The notes under the pieces: model-generated
Databases searched by the model: none
Told to the model about the DNA's origin: nothing
The model's input: only the letters and a program-made list of their open reading frames with translations
Shown: positions 12,551 to 24,794 of the stretch, one piece after another
Numbering within the stretch: the stretch's first letter is position 1
Layout: each line of letters opens with the position of its first letter
From: Octopus bimaculoides
Lineage: Eukaryota
Direction: 5' to 3'
NCBI RefSeq assembly: GCF_001194135.2
Contig: NC_068995.1
Coordinates: 42,026,425-42,066,345 of the forward strand
DNA length: 39,921 nt
Translations under genes and position numbers: made by a program

Positions 12551-12745
12551 TTTTATTTGTTTCAGTCATTTGACTGCGGCCATGCTGGAGCACCGCCTTC
12601 AGTTGAGCAAATCGACCCCCAGGACTTATTCTTTGTAAGCCAAGTACTTATTCTATCAGTCTCTCTTGCCGAACCGCTAAGTTACGGGGACGTAAACACA
12701 CCAGCATCGGTTGTCAAGCGATGTTGTGGGACAAACACAAACATA
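12548..12745 (-). mobile_element. SINE family A, 3' half
   Basis: TTTCAGTCATTTGACTGCGGCCATGCTGGAGCACCGCC...GTTACGGGGACGTAAACACACCAGCATCGGTTGTCAAGCG. Confidence 0.85.
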
Positions 12746-12994
12746 TACATACATACACACATATATATATATATATAAAATATATAGTTTTATATTTTAT
12801 ATATGCTTTATCTATAAGGCTCAATTTAATTTTAATTTTTTTATAAATTGATTTTAATTGAGTTTTTTACCTGTAATTTTGGATTTTGTCCCTAATATAT
12901 NNNNNNNNNNNNNNNNNNNNNNNNNNNNNNNNNNNNNNNNNNNNNNNNNNNNNNNNNNNNNNNNNNNNNNNNNNNNNNNNNNNNNNNTATATAT

Positions 12995-13114
12995 ACGACG
13001 GGCTTCTTTTAGTTTCCATCTACCAAATCCACTCAAAAGGCTTTGGTCGGCCCGAGGCTATAGTAGAAGACGCTTGTCCAAGGTGCCACGCAGTGGGACT
13101 GAACCCAGAACCAT
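12995..13114 (-). mobile_element. SINE family A, body and part of head; possibly the same insertion as 12548-12745 across the gap
   Basis: ACGACGGGCTTCTTT...AAGGTGCCACGCAGTGGGACTGAACCC. Confidence 0.82.
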
Positions 13115-13149
13115 CTATCTCTCTATCTATATATATATATATATATATC

Positions 13150-13348
13150 TTTTATTCTTTGTAAGCCCAGTACCTATTCTATCGGCAAGCGACACGGACA
13201 CATACACACACATACGACGGGCTTCTTTCAGTTTCCGTCTACCAAATTCACTCACCAGGCTTTGATTGGCTCAAGGCTATAGCAGAAGACACTAGCTCAA
13301 AATGCCACGCAGTGGGATTGAACCCAGAAATATGCAATTGGGAAGCAA
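13150..13348 (-). mobile_element. SINE family A copy with internal deletion
   Basis: A tail fragment (ttattctttgtaagcccagtacctattctatcgg) is joined to the body and head (acgacgggcttctttcagtttccgtctacc...gcagtgggattgaaccc). Confidence 0.75.
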
Positions 13349-13364
13349 TGCAGACGCATATATG

Positions 13365-13581
13365 TGTGTGCTGTTTGTGACTATCCGACCAACGCTTGGC
13401 AACTGAACCGGTGTTGGTTTGTTTACACCCCCGCAACATATCAGTTTGGTAAAAGACAAAGATAGAGTAAGTACGGAATTCAAAAATCAATACTCGGATT
13501 GTTTGCACGGTTGATGCCCATCAAGGCGTTGCCCCAGCATCACCGCAGTCCAATGACTGAACCAAGTAACAAATAAAAGAG
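13365..13581 (+). mobile_element. SINE family A-related 3' half, diverged
   Basis: cgcttggcaac...gtttacacccccgcaac...aaggcgttgccccagcatcaccgcagtccaatgactgaaccaagtaa. Confidence 0.65.
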
Positions 13582-14117
13582 CATTTGTTAACACACACAC
13601 TCATTAACATACACATATAGGTTAAAACGCATTTTTAATACACACACATTGTTTAGTATAAACGCACACACACACACACTTTTTAATATACATACACACA
13701 CGTTCTACACACACCGACCCCAACACCCGTCAGTACATTTTAAACAGTGACTTACTGGAGAAGGAGGTGATAGCGGTGGTAGTAGAGGTGATGATGGTGG
13801 TGGTGATTGTGATGGTGGTGTTGGTGGTCGGCTCAGTGGAATGGACAAGAGTTGGGTCTCAGTTTGGTTGTTGGAAAGAATTCGTTAAAAAGTAAATTAG
13901 TTGATTTCCCTCTTGTGTGTGTGTGCGTGCGCGTGCGTGCGTGTGCGTGCGTGCGTGTGCGTGCGTGCGCTCGCTCGCGTGTATAATCATTTATATATAA
14001 AAATCATTTGTATAGAAAAGCAAACACACGCACATATATTGGCAAAAACACTGACACGCAAATCTATCGTTCTCTTGCAATTTCTATGTACACACACACA
14101 CATATATATAATAGTTC

Positions 14118-14149
<32 letters not shown>

Positions 14150-14380
14150 TGTATATATGCGTACATCATATAGATATATGTGTGTTTATTTTTAAATATT
14201 AAATAGGTATAAAATACTTCATGCGTATATTGTATATAAACGTGAATTATGCGCGCGCGCGCGCGCGCACGCGCACACACACACGCACNNNNNNNNNNNN
14301 NNNNNNNNNNNNNNNNNNNNNNNNNNNNNNNNNNNNNNNNNNNNNNNNNNNNNNNNNNNNNNNNNNNNNNNNNNNNNNNN

Positions 14381-14429
<49 letters not shown>

Positions 14430-14934
14430 TTCACCAAGAACTGATTTACTGTTTCATCTCCTCCTCTCTATTTATCTAAATATGTACCATTTCTCTCTGT
14501 CTTTCACCTGTTGTTTTATTCGACAATTAAATCAAACCGAAGGCCACATGTGAGCCCTGCTCAAATCACACATGTTGTACTATTGAATTTGTTTGTTGTA
14601 ACCCCAAGTAACTCAACTCTTCTAAATCTCATGTCCTGTTACTTTTATAATCAGGACCCATCACTTCACTAACCCAAATTCCCTTTCTGTTTGTATCTAC
14701 ACCCCCTAGATGTTTATGTATCTTTGAGAACGCTTTCTTTTGGATTCAATATTTCCATGTTCTTTCCTTAGTGCTATCCATGACGAACGCGAATAAAAAC
14801 CCCAAAAAACCCTTAAATACTTAGTGCAAGGGAACACGGTACAGAAATCCTGTATCAGCGACATAGGAGCAATTAATTTTTCAGCTGAGACATGAAGCAT
14901 ATCATTATTTTCTCTAGCCTTTACATTGATGTCA

Positions 14935-15010
14935 AATATTGGCATAAGGCCAGTAAGTTCGGGGTGGGGGTAAATCGATTAGATCGACTCCACTGTTCAA
15001 CTGGTACTTA
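14935..15010 (-). mobile_element. SINE family B tail fragment
   Basis: ggcataaggccag...aatcgattagatcgactccactgttcaactggtactta. Confidence 0.5.
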
Positions 15011-15890
15011 GGATATTTGTGGTTTTCGTCACTGTCTACAATTTTATTCCAGTTGTTTTCAAATTTGGTATATGGATTAATTTTTGATACTAATTATGAA
15101 AAGGAAATTCATTTCTCCAATAAAACCATAATTAAAAAGTTATTAGCCATTAAAATTGGCAAAATTTGGGTATTTTAGCCAATCAGAAGCGAGTGTTTTA
15201 CACATCACAGTAGCGTAAAACTCTGTTTCCATTGTAACCAAAGCAAAGAAACACCGCATGATCCATAGCTGATTGAGAAGAACTCTGTTTCTATAGTAGC
15301 CAAAAATGCTGCGCATGCGCTCAAGGAGTGTAACAACCACGTTTTGATTGTTATTTCTAGTAACTCCTGTTGGTTTGCTCGTAGCTTTTTAATATATAAT
15401 TTGCTCGCGAATCTTAATGTTTTTCACTATTTACTGTAGCTAGTTTGATGTTTTGACATGCTGGTACTCGCCCCACCACACCCGCTTTTTTTGCGTCAGT
15501 GACAGATGATGGAAACAGGCAGCGAACACGATGTTTTCAGATTGGATGAAAATTCTGAAAATGATCAAACTTTGAACACCTGTAATATTTTTTGCAAAAT
15601 TTTTCTGTTGTGCTGTTTTGTGCTAGATGGTGTACTGAGTTCCCTGTTCGGAAATATAAGGATACATATAGCGTGTCGCATAGCCAGCTAGAAACGATGT
15701 TTCTTGGGGCTAAAGCAACAGTAACATCGTCCCTTTCGTGACAGCCATATTATGTCGGCAAATAGCCTTTACTTTTCTGGAATAAATGAATAACAAATTC
15801 GGATTCAGCGTCAAAAATTACATCTATATGATACATTAAAAATTTTTTCATAAAGGTTTCGTCATGCAGTGAGGAAAACCACAAAGATCC

Positions 15891-16029
15891 GGTACTTATT
15901 TTATCGACCCCGAAAGAATAAAAGGCAAGGTCTACCTGGGCGGAATTTGAACTCAGAACGTAAAGACGAACAACATGCCGCTAAGCATTTTGCTCAGCTT
16001 GTTAACAACTCTACCAGCTCGCTGCCTTC
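15891..16029 (-). mobile_element. SINE family B copy (tRNA-like head; CCTTT..CTTTCGGGGTCGATAAAATAAGTACC body)
   Basis: Matches 16045-16257, 24190-24375 and 34061-34281; B-box-like GAGTTCAAATTCC on the minus strand. Confidence 0.8.
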
Positions 16030-16044
16030 TCTAATCTAATATTT

Positions 16045-16257
16045 TTTTCTTCTATAGACACAAGGAGTGAAATTTTTGTGAAGAGGTCTAGTCGATTACA
16101 TCGACCACTATGTTTAACTGGTACTTATTTGATTGACCCGAAAGCGTGAAAGGCACAGTCAGCCTTAATGGAATTTGAACTCAGAACGTAAAGACAGACG
16201 AAATGCCGCTAAGCATTTCGCCCGGCGTGCTAACGATTCTGTCAGCTCACCACCTTC
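16045..16257 (-). mobile_element. SINE family B copy, in tandem with the previous copy
   Basis: gtcgattacatcgacc...ctggtacttattt...gaatttgaactcagaacgtaaagacagacgaaatgccgctaagcatttcgcccggcgtgctaacgattctg. Confidence 0.82.
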
Positions 16258-16860
16258 GTTAGCCTAATATTGACAAACGTTTAAAAAAGGTAGAATCAGT
16301 GATTGTATTCAATGTATGGTAAACTCAATGTGTGAACAAAGACCTTTTGTGTACTTTATAAGAAACTAAGGTAGCGTGGAAAATCTAAGATCTAAAGATA
16401 GCGTTTTTTGTTTTTAACACACGTTGGTTGTAGGCCTTTGAAAACACCCACGCTGTCATTATAGTCACACACACTAAACATGAATGGATGTATCGAAGCA
16501 ATGACCTAGTCGCTACGTGATCACTCGACTCGTTAGAAGCAACAGTCAACTTTCCCTCAAACTACACTCTAATTAAATTAAATAAATAAAAACCCAGTTA
16601 TTATCATCTATGAAAAAGGCGCTCCAATCGCGTACATCCTGTTGTTTTCTCATTTCTGTTTAGAAACATTCTGTATGGAAATACACTATCCTCGTGTACT
16701 TTCAGAAGGGTGGAGGTTGAGAGACAGATGACTTATTTCTAGTGGATTGAGGCAACCGTTGAAAGGACTCTGTGTTAACAACTTTTTCTACTAATTTTTA
16801 TTCTCGCAGTTTAGCTCTGGGTCAGCTTTGAATAATCAGACAATCTAAACCTTTTGGGCC

Positions 16861-17060
16861 TCTTTTACTTGTTTCAGTCATTTGACAGTGGCCATGCTGG
16901 AGCACCGCCTTTAGTCGAGCAAATCGACCCCAGGACTTATTCTTTTTAAGCCTACTATTTATTCTATCGGTCTCTTTTGCCGAACCACTAAGTTACGGGG
17001 ACGTAAACACACCAGCATCGGTTGTCAAGCGATGTTGGGGGGGAAAAACATACATGTACA

Positions 17061-17092
<32 letters not shown>

Positions 17093-17255
17093 CGGCGGGG
17101 TTCTTTCAGTTTCCGTCTACCAAATCCACTCACTAGGATTTGTTCGGTCTGGGGCTATAGTAGAAGACACTTGCCCAAGGTGCCACGCAGTGGGACTGAA
17201 CCCGGAACCATGTGGTTCGTAAGCAAGCTACTTACCACACAGCCACTCCTACGCC
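16861..17255 (-). mobile_element. SINE family A, near full-length copy (about 395 bp)
   Basis: Complete head (GGAGTGGCTGTGTGGTAAG; B-box-like GGTTCAGTCCC), CORE-like CACCTTGGGCAAGTG, internal (TA)n, and a tail ending GACTGAAACAAGTAAAAGA. Resembles octopus tRNA-derived CORE-type SINEs; the family name was not verified. Confidence 0.9.
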
Positions 17256-18061
17256 TAATTATTAATTTTAATATTCAGGAATAGAGTATCGAGTACTACG
17301 TTTCATAATGTGACTTTTTGTGAGGTTATACTGTATAACGTAATATGATACGATTTAACGGCGGTTTTAGCTACACCTTTTTTGTCTTGCTGTTATTTCG
17401 ATTCCAACAAGTCCGTCTGCTGCGTTTCAATCGGCAGATGTATGGATCGATTCTTGCCAGTCCACGCTTACTGGGTAATGTGCCGAAACGACCAATGAAA
17501 TAAAAAAGATAGTAAAAAAAAAAATTAAAAAAAACATTTATTGATATTTTATTTTTTCCTGGTATTTTTTATTTTTATTTTTATTGTTCTACTTCTTTTG
17601 TGTCTTTTCGCTGCTATCAACAACAAAACACAATAAGAACAACAACTGCTAGTATTGCTAAATCATCATTATCAGTATCATGATGATGATGATGATGATG
17701 ATTATCACCATCATCATCATCATCTCCCTAACAATCGACCCGGCAAACTAGGTCACGTGTGCTTTGATCGTTCCGTGTGTTGGTGACAATGTCTTTCGTT
17801 TTTTGTCACAGTCAGACGAGCAAGTCAATGAGTGTAAGGTGAGAGAGTGACACACACATCATCATGGTAGTGGCAGTAAGAAAGACGAGGAGAAGGAGGA
17901 GGAGAAAGAGGGGGAGGAGAAGAGAAACATGATCATGACGATTACCATTATGGAGATAGAGATGATATCATTATGGTGGAAATTTACGACTTCCTTTTCA
18001 AACCGAATTCTTGATTTTTTTGTTTGTTTGTTATTAAAACGGTCTTTAATATGCGCGTTTC

Positions 18062-18175
18062 CAAGTGGTTATGTGGTGAGAAGTTTCCTTCCCAGCCACA
18101 TGGTTCTCGGTTCAGATCCCACTGCGTGGCCCCTTGAGTGAGTGTTTTCTGCAATAGCTTCAGGCCGACCAAAAG
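18062..18175 (+). mobile_element. SINE family A, head fragment
   Basis: gtggttatgtggtgag...catggttctcggttcagatcccactgcgtggc...aggccgaccaaa. Confidence 0.7.
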
Positions 18176-18861
18176 TGTGTGTGCGTGTGCGCGTGCGCGC
18201 GCAACAAGTGATGAGGGGTCGTTCTTTGTGTTATTTGTTTTGTTTTCCATTTGTGTCTTTCGTTGTTAGAAAAAATATTTTATATTCCATGTACTCGTAC
18301 ATCGTATTTTTTGTACACGTTTCATGATGTCCTGTGACGACATATGCATATATATATATATATATATATTTGTGCTACAGAAAATATTTATGAAGCCGTA
18401 ACCAACAATTCTCTGGGAGTGACAGATGTAAACACTTCGTGTATATTTGTTCGCGACACAGCGCTATCAGCCTTAATAGCTTTAATCCAGTGCTACGACG
18501 TCATAAGCGAACGAACAGCGTTTTTAACAGATTCCGGAGTCACGCCTACGAAGCTATGGGTCACTAATTGTTTAAGTGAACAGGATAGACAGATTTGCAT
18601 ACGTAACGCATTGCATTTTTAGCAGTCAATACACATACACACACAAACACACACACACGTTTATTTATAAATTGTGTTTACATTCTTATTTAGACTACAT
18701 CGAGGTTTTATGATATTCATACTCATTTCATTTCTACTGCTTTAGGTTGTGTTTTACATACAAGTATACGAGTGTGTATTCGTATATCTATACATATTCA
18801 TATAAACAGATACATATATATTTATATGTGCATACATACATGCATTCATACGTACATACAT

Positions 18862-19109
18862 AATCTGTAAGACTTACCAGAAGTTTATCATTTCAATATA
18901 TATGAGCATGTCTGGATATGCAACTATACGCATGAGAATACATACATGTATAAAGCAAAATATACAAATCTGCACATATACATACAAGCAAAAGTACCCT
19001 GTTGTTGATGTTGAAATTCCAACGAAGAATCCTTGGATCTAGGTTAGAAACCGGCTCTTTCTCTATTGGTAAGAAATCTCGAAATAAAACTAAACAATAA
19101 CATACATAC
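18862..19109. repeat. Dispersed repeat family C, copy 2 (same orientation as copy 1)
   Basis: See 10112-10376. Confidence 0.8.
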
Positions 19110-20789
19110 GTCCAATAACACTGAACTTATTCCACGTCCTGGCGTTGTTTTTTTCTTGCTTGTTCATGTTTAAATTGACTACATACATACATACATACAA
19201 GCACATAAGGCTAAAAATATCAGAAAAACGACTCACGCAGACTCAGCTTTAAATAAAAAGACTTTTACATTGTACTCTTACGGTATTGAGTACTACCGAG
19301 TGACATTTTCACTCAAATCATTTAGAACACACGCACACACACACTGCAATATGACAGCAACCTCGACGTTGCCACAAATAAAGTTTATAACAAAGTCCCC
19401 CCCCCCTACCGCAAAAAAAACAAGAAAATAAAAATAAATAAACAAATGCATAAATATTTCCGTTTACTTTGTGTATAAAGTTATTTGTTCAGTCATTCGT
19501 TTTAGTTTTTATACCCCTGCATGCATACGCATATATATATATACATATATGCATATATATATAAGCATATACATGTGCATTAATACATACGCATATATAT
19601 GTATGTGTGTATGTATGTGTGTCATGCACATGTTATATATTTGTCTTTCACTTCTTAGCGGAGTGCAAGGAGTGCCGCGAGACACCGGCGAGTCTGATGT
19701 GTCAGGGAGGAAATGAACTCACGATGACGCCTTCCGCAGTTCCCAAGGTGAGGACCTATTGTGACGGACAAGTTTGTGCTTCAGATGACATCTGACGCAT
19801 CAACCCCCTTCCTCCTTCTACCACCACGCCATCTCTATTCTACCCACTTTTTTTTTTTTTACTTCCATTTTGTCTTTTCTCTCTCTGATTTTTTTTGCCT
19901 TCCTTTATTTTCCTTTGGCTTTTCGTATTACACATTAAATCTCTCTCTGTGTCTGTCTATTTCTGTCTCTTGTTTTCTCGCTCTCTCTCTCTCTCCGTGT
20001 CTCTGTCTCGGACTGTCTCTCTATCTCTCTTCATCTGAATGTCAGACTGATGATCAATCCATCTTCTCAATACATAGACATACATAGAAATATACACATA
20101 AACATAAGCATCCATGTGTGTGTGTGTGTGTGTATGTGTGTGCATGTACATACATATATATATATATATGCATACATAAATTTGAATATATCTGAGTGCA
20201 CATATATGAGTGTGCATATATATATATATGCATGTATATGTATGGTTGTATATATATGTACGCATATTTCATACGCACATCTAAACTGATAAAAAAAAAA
20301 TGTTTGCTTTGCCATCTCACATATACATAATTTATACCTGCCAGGCGTTTATTTCAAAGAGAGACACCTACGAACGAACGAACACACACACACACACAGC
20401 TGTATAATTAATTCTACACAAGTGGATGTATATACGCAGATGCTTGGGTATCTTATAATAATGGTTTGTTGTGAATGTTTGTAAATACAAAACATTTTTA
20501 TGAAATCCGTTGAGTATGTGTGTAAAAATTTACGCGTCTGTATATACACATATTAGATATACAGACCTACACATACACACTACAAAAATACTACGAGTAT
20601 GTATATATATATATATATATATTGTATGTTCAAGTTAATTTTTCTCGTTAGCCTGGATGGGACGCTAAAACGAAAGGAGATAATCACACAGATATATACG
20701 CTCACTCATACAAACGTATACAAGTATATATGTGTATAAATATATAACAAAAGATATGCAAGAGTTTATGCATACATACATGCATATAT

Positions 20790-20970
20790 ATGGGAGAATA
20801 TACAAATAATAACAACAGACGAGGACAGGTGGTGTAAATAACAAAAGTATATATTAGTATGACGCTCGGGAATACGGAAAGTCTTTGACGTTTCGAGCTA
20901 CGCTCTTCAACAGAAAGAATAAGGAGAAAAACACGGAGAAAAAAAATTGAATAGTGTTCAGTCAACGGTC
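20790..20970 (-). mobile_element. Penelope-like element terminal remnant candidate
   Basis: Non-microsatellite block containing GACGTTTCGAGCTACGCTCTTCAACAG, which is a hammerhead-like motif on the minus strand. Boundaries are approximate and the family assignment is inferred from the motif. Confidence 0.5.
20882..20918 (-). ncRNA. Minimal type-I hammerhead ribozyme-like motif
   Basis: Minus strand reads UCUUU-CUGUUGA-A-GAGC(GUA)GCUC-GAAAC-GUC^AAAGA. It has a 5-bp stem I, a 4-bp stem II, a palindromic ACGU helix III and a GUC triplet; the core has an A6U change. Confidence 0.62.
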
Positions 20971-21112
20971 AATCATACATACATACATATTTATGTGTGT
21001 GTGTGTATAGAGGTAGGTAGGTAGATAGATAGACATAAAAATATGGAGCGCACACACGAATACATGAAATGCGATCCAGTGATAGATATGTTTTTCTTTG
21101 CATATATATATG

Positions 21113-21171
<59 letters not shown>

Positions 21172-21714
21172 ACACCTATATCTATACACACACACACAGA
21201 CATATATACACACACACACACACATATATATATATACATGTATATACATATGCCTACATATATGCATGTATATATATTTAGGCATTGATGTACATTGAAA
21301 TTCATAGGTAGTGCGAGAGAAAAAAGGGTGATTGTTTGAGACATAAAAAATATATACACGAGTGTAAAAATAGGAGCAAAAACTGTAAACCAACACATAT
21401 TCTAACAAATACTTTACGTCAACATAAATTGATAAATATATATAGAGTATTGCTGCATTAAATATAACGAGAACATGAAACCCTTTGGCCAATGAAAGTC
21501 TGGATGTCGCTAAACAATAAAGAATAATTAGAAGACTGTGTCACAACTGTGGGGTTTGAAGGTGCAGACTCAGAAATTTTTTGTAGGCTTATAAAACTAT
21601 TGATAGATGGATGTATAGATATATGTATCTCTGTGAATTTGTACATACACACATGTATGAATCTATATTAGCTTAGTTATGTTTGTGCGTGTATCCATGT
21701 ATACATATATATAC

Positions 21715-21769
<55 letters not shown>

Positions 21770-21997
21770 TCTATAATGGGGCGAAAATCTGCTAATATTT
21801 GACCGATAACTGATGAGGTACGACCATGTCCACGTCTTACATGTAATTTTTCCGTGTATTTCTTTGTAGTCCTTCGGAGCAATATTTTAGTCATATATAT
21901 ATATTTATATATATATATATATATATACGAAAGGACCATTGGGAAACATATACTTACAATGTACTGACAAACATTTTATACACACACACATACACAG

Positions 21998-22028
<31 letters not shown>

Positions 22029-22880
22029 TAAATATACAAAGAATAGATATGCATGTATACACACATATATGTACATACTTACATCTACATGTGTATATAG
22101 ATGCATATCAGGGTACAGGACATTAGAATAATGAACTACACACCACGGAACGAACACATAGGAAAACAGATAGCCACTTGGAATTAATCCTTCGTCAGCT
22201 GCCTCTATTGTAACTAGACGTTTCGAAGATATATATATATATATATACATACATACACACGTGCAGATTTACGTGTGCGTATGTATACATGAATATGCTT
22301 TACTTGTTGTTCACCCTATGAGGCAGAACTGAGACCAACAACGGCACTGCAGCCGTGACCACCTTTTGGAACAGTGATATGTGGTTTGAGGATGATTTGG
22401 CTGTTGTTTCTAGCAAGACAAGAGACTACATAGAAGCAAGCCCTCGAAGTGTATGTGCGTATGTATTTATATACACATTCTATTCTTGTGTGGGGATGTA
22501 TTACACTATGATGAGGGTGTTTATGTATGTGTGTGTGGTAGTGTATTTTTGTGAGTGCGTTGGTGAATAAACACCGCACAATATTCAATTGCAGGCATGC
22601 GTACACACACACACGCACAAACACACGTGCCATGCATGTATTCAAGTACATTTATGCACACACTCACATACGCAACACATATGTATGTACGTATTGAGGC
22701 ACGTTAATGAACACACACACACACATGTATGCATGTATTCAGGTACATTTATGTTCTCTCACACGCACACACATGTGCACGTGTATATCTATGTATATAT
22801 TTAGTCACATTTATGCGCACACACATAAACACGCATTTATATATATATATGTATATGCGTATATGTGTGTGCATAAATGT

Positions 22881-22922
<42 letters not shown>

Positions 22923-23289
22923 TTGTATGTATATATTATTACGCAAGTACCTAGATTGTATGTATCGCTTAAACGTGCTGGTTTTCGTCTACACAGAGAT
23001 ATAGGATAGTTAGTGCACCATCGCCACTACACACACACAGACAGACACACTCACAGAGGGCCCACTACCACGGCACCCCGGCCCCACCCCAGTCCCACTC
23101 AGCGTGTGTCTCTATGTGTGGCTGGTGGGAACACGCTTTGGAATCGCTTCAATCAATACACTTTTCTCAATAAAACATGCTTTCTCATGCAGATTAATAG
23201 AAATTCACATGCTCACGTGATCGCTTATGCATATTTTATAGCGACATGGTAAAAATGTACAAGGAAAATATCTAGTAAACAAAAGGTGG

Positions 23290-23335
<46 letters not shown>

Positions 23336-23438
23336 TAGAGAGAAAGAGAGTGTGTGTGTGAGTGAGAGAGCTTCATGCATGCACACTTCAGCTCAAATGC
23401 GTGTGAATACAAACGATTCGGTGCAGAACATATATCAT

Positions 23439-23472
<34 letters not shown>

Positions 23473-23640
23473 GATGTACCTATATGTATATATATATAAA
23501 TGTACATACGTGTATGTATATATATCAATCAATCAATATATATATACATTTATAGGTATAGTATATGAATAAAATTATATATATGTGTATATATATATAT
23601 ATATACATTTAGTTATAGTATATGAATAAAATGAAATATA

Positions 23641-23736
<96 letters not shown>

Positions 23737-24189
23737 CATACACACACATGCACACGTGGTAGGATGCATGAAGGGAAGGTGTGTCATGTACATATGTATT
23801 CGAGAACCTATTGCTGTAAATGTATGTCCTTGTGTGTGGACGTGTATGTTTTATGCATTTATTTATAGTTATGATCGCGTCTACTACTATACATGTGTGT
23901 GTGGGGGGGGGGAGGGGTGTATGCAGTGGTACCTCTTGTCAGGTGGAAAAAAAAAAGGGTACCCAATCAATATGAAATATTATTCACGAGTTGGGGATGN
24001 NNNNNNNNNGGGGGGGGGGGTAGCTAGCCGACATGGAAGATAATGTACAATGTTGAGCCTGAAAGCTGCTTTTTGTTTCAGTTACTTTTTTTTTTAATTA
24101 TCATTGAATGCTGGAACCGATTCAATCGAAATTGCTGGCCTTGTGCCAAAATTTAAGACCAAATATGAAACCAGTGTTAGTTGGACTCT

Positions 24190-24375
24190 AAGGTGACGAA
24201 CGGGTTGATGAAATCGTTAACACACCGGACAAAGTACTCTGCGGCATTTTGTTCGTCTTTATGTTTCGTGTTCAAATTCCGCCGAGGTCGACTTTACCTT
24301 TCTTTTGTCCTTCCGGGGTAGATAAAATAAGTACCAGTTGAGCACTGGAGGTCGATGTAATCGACCTGCCCACTC
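24190..24375 (+). mobile_element. SINE family B copy
   Basis: gttcaaattccgccgaggtcgactttacctttc...gataaaataagtaccagttgagcactggaggtcgatgtaatcgac. Confidence 0.8.
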
Positions 24376-24490
24376 CATCGACTTTAATGAAAGATGTTAC
24401 AAACATCATCGACTCCCACCGTCGGAACCACCACCATCACCACGTCATCATTAATATCACTACCACTACACCGTTACAGGTAGCAAGGTA

Positions 24491-24615
24491 CCCAGGACTT
24501 ATTCTTTGTAATCATGGTACTTATTCTACCGGTCTCTTTGCCGAACCGCTAAGTTACGGGGACGTAAACACACTAGCATCAGTTGTCAAGCGAAGTTGGG
24601 GGGACACACACAAAC

Positions 24616-24668
<53 letters not shown>

Positions 24669-24794
24669 CGACGGACTTCTTTCAGTTTCCGTCTACCAAA
24701 TCCACTCACAAGGCTTTTGTCGGTCCGAGGCTATAGCAGAAGACACTTGGACAAGGTGGCTGTTAAGCAAGCTACTTACCACACAGTCACTTCT
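24491..24794 (-). mobile_element. SINE family A copy lacking the B-box segment
   Basis: The body matches the family, but the segment cacgcagtgggactgaacccggaaccatgtgg is missing between acaaggtg and ttaagcaagctac. Confidence 0.82.

Noticed and set aside
22170-22228. Hammerhead-like pieces CUGACGA-A-GGAUUAAUUCC and GAAACGUC on the minus strand
   Set aside because: The pieces are in non-contiguous order, the GAAA after helix II is missing and helix I does not pair. At most this is a degraded Penelope-type remnant.
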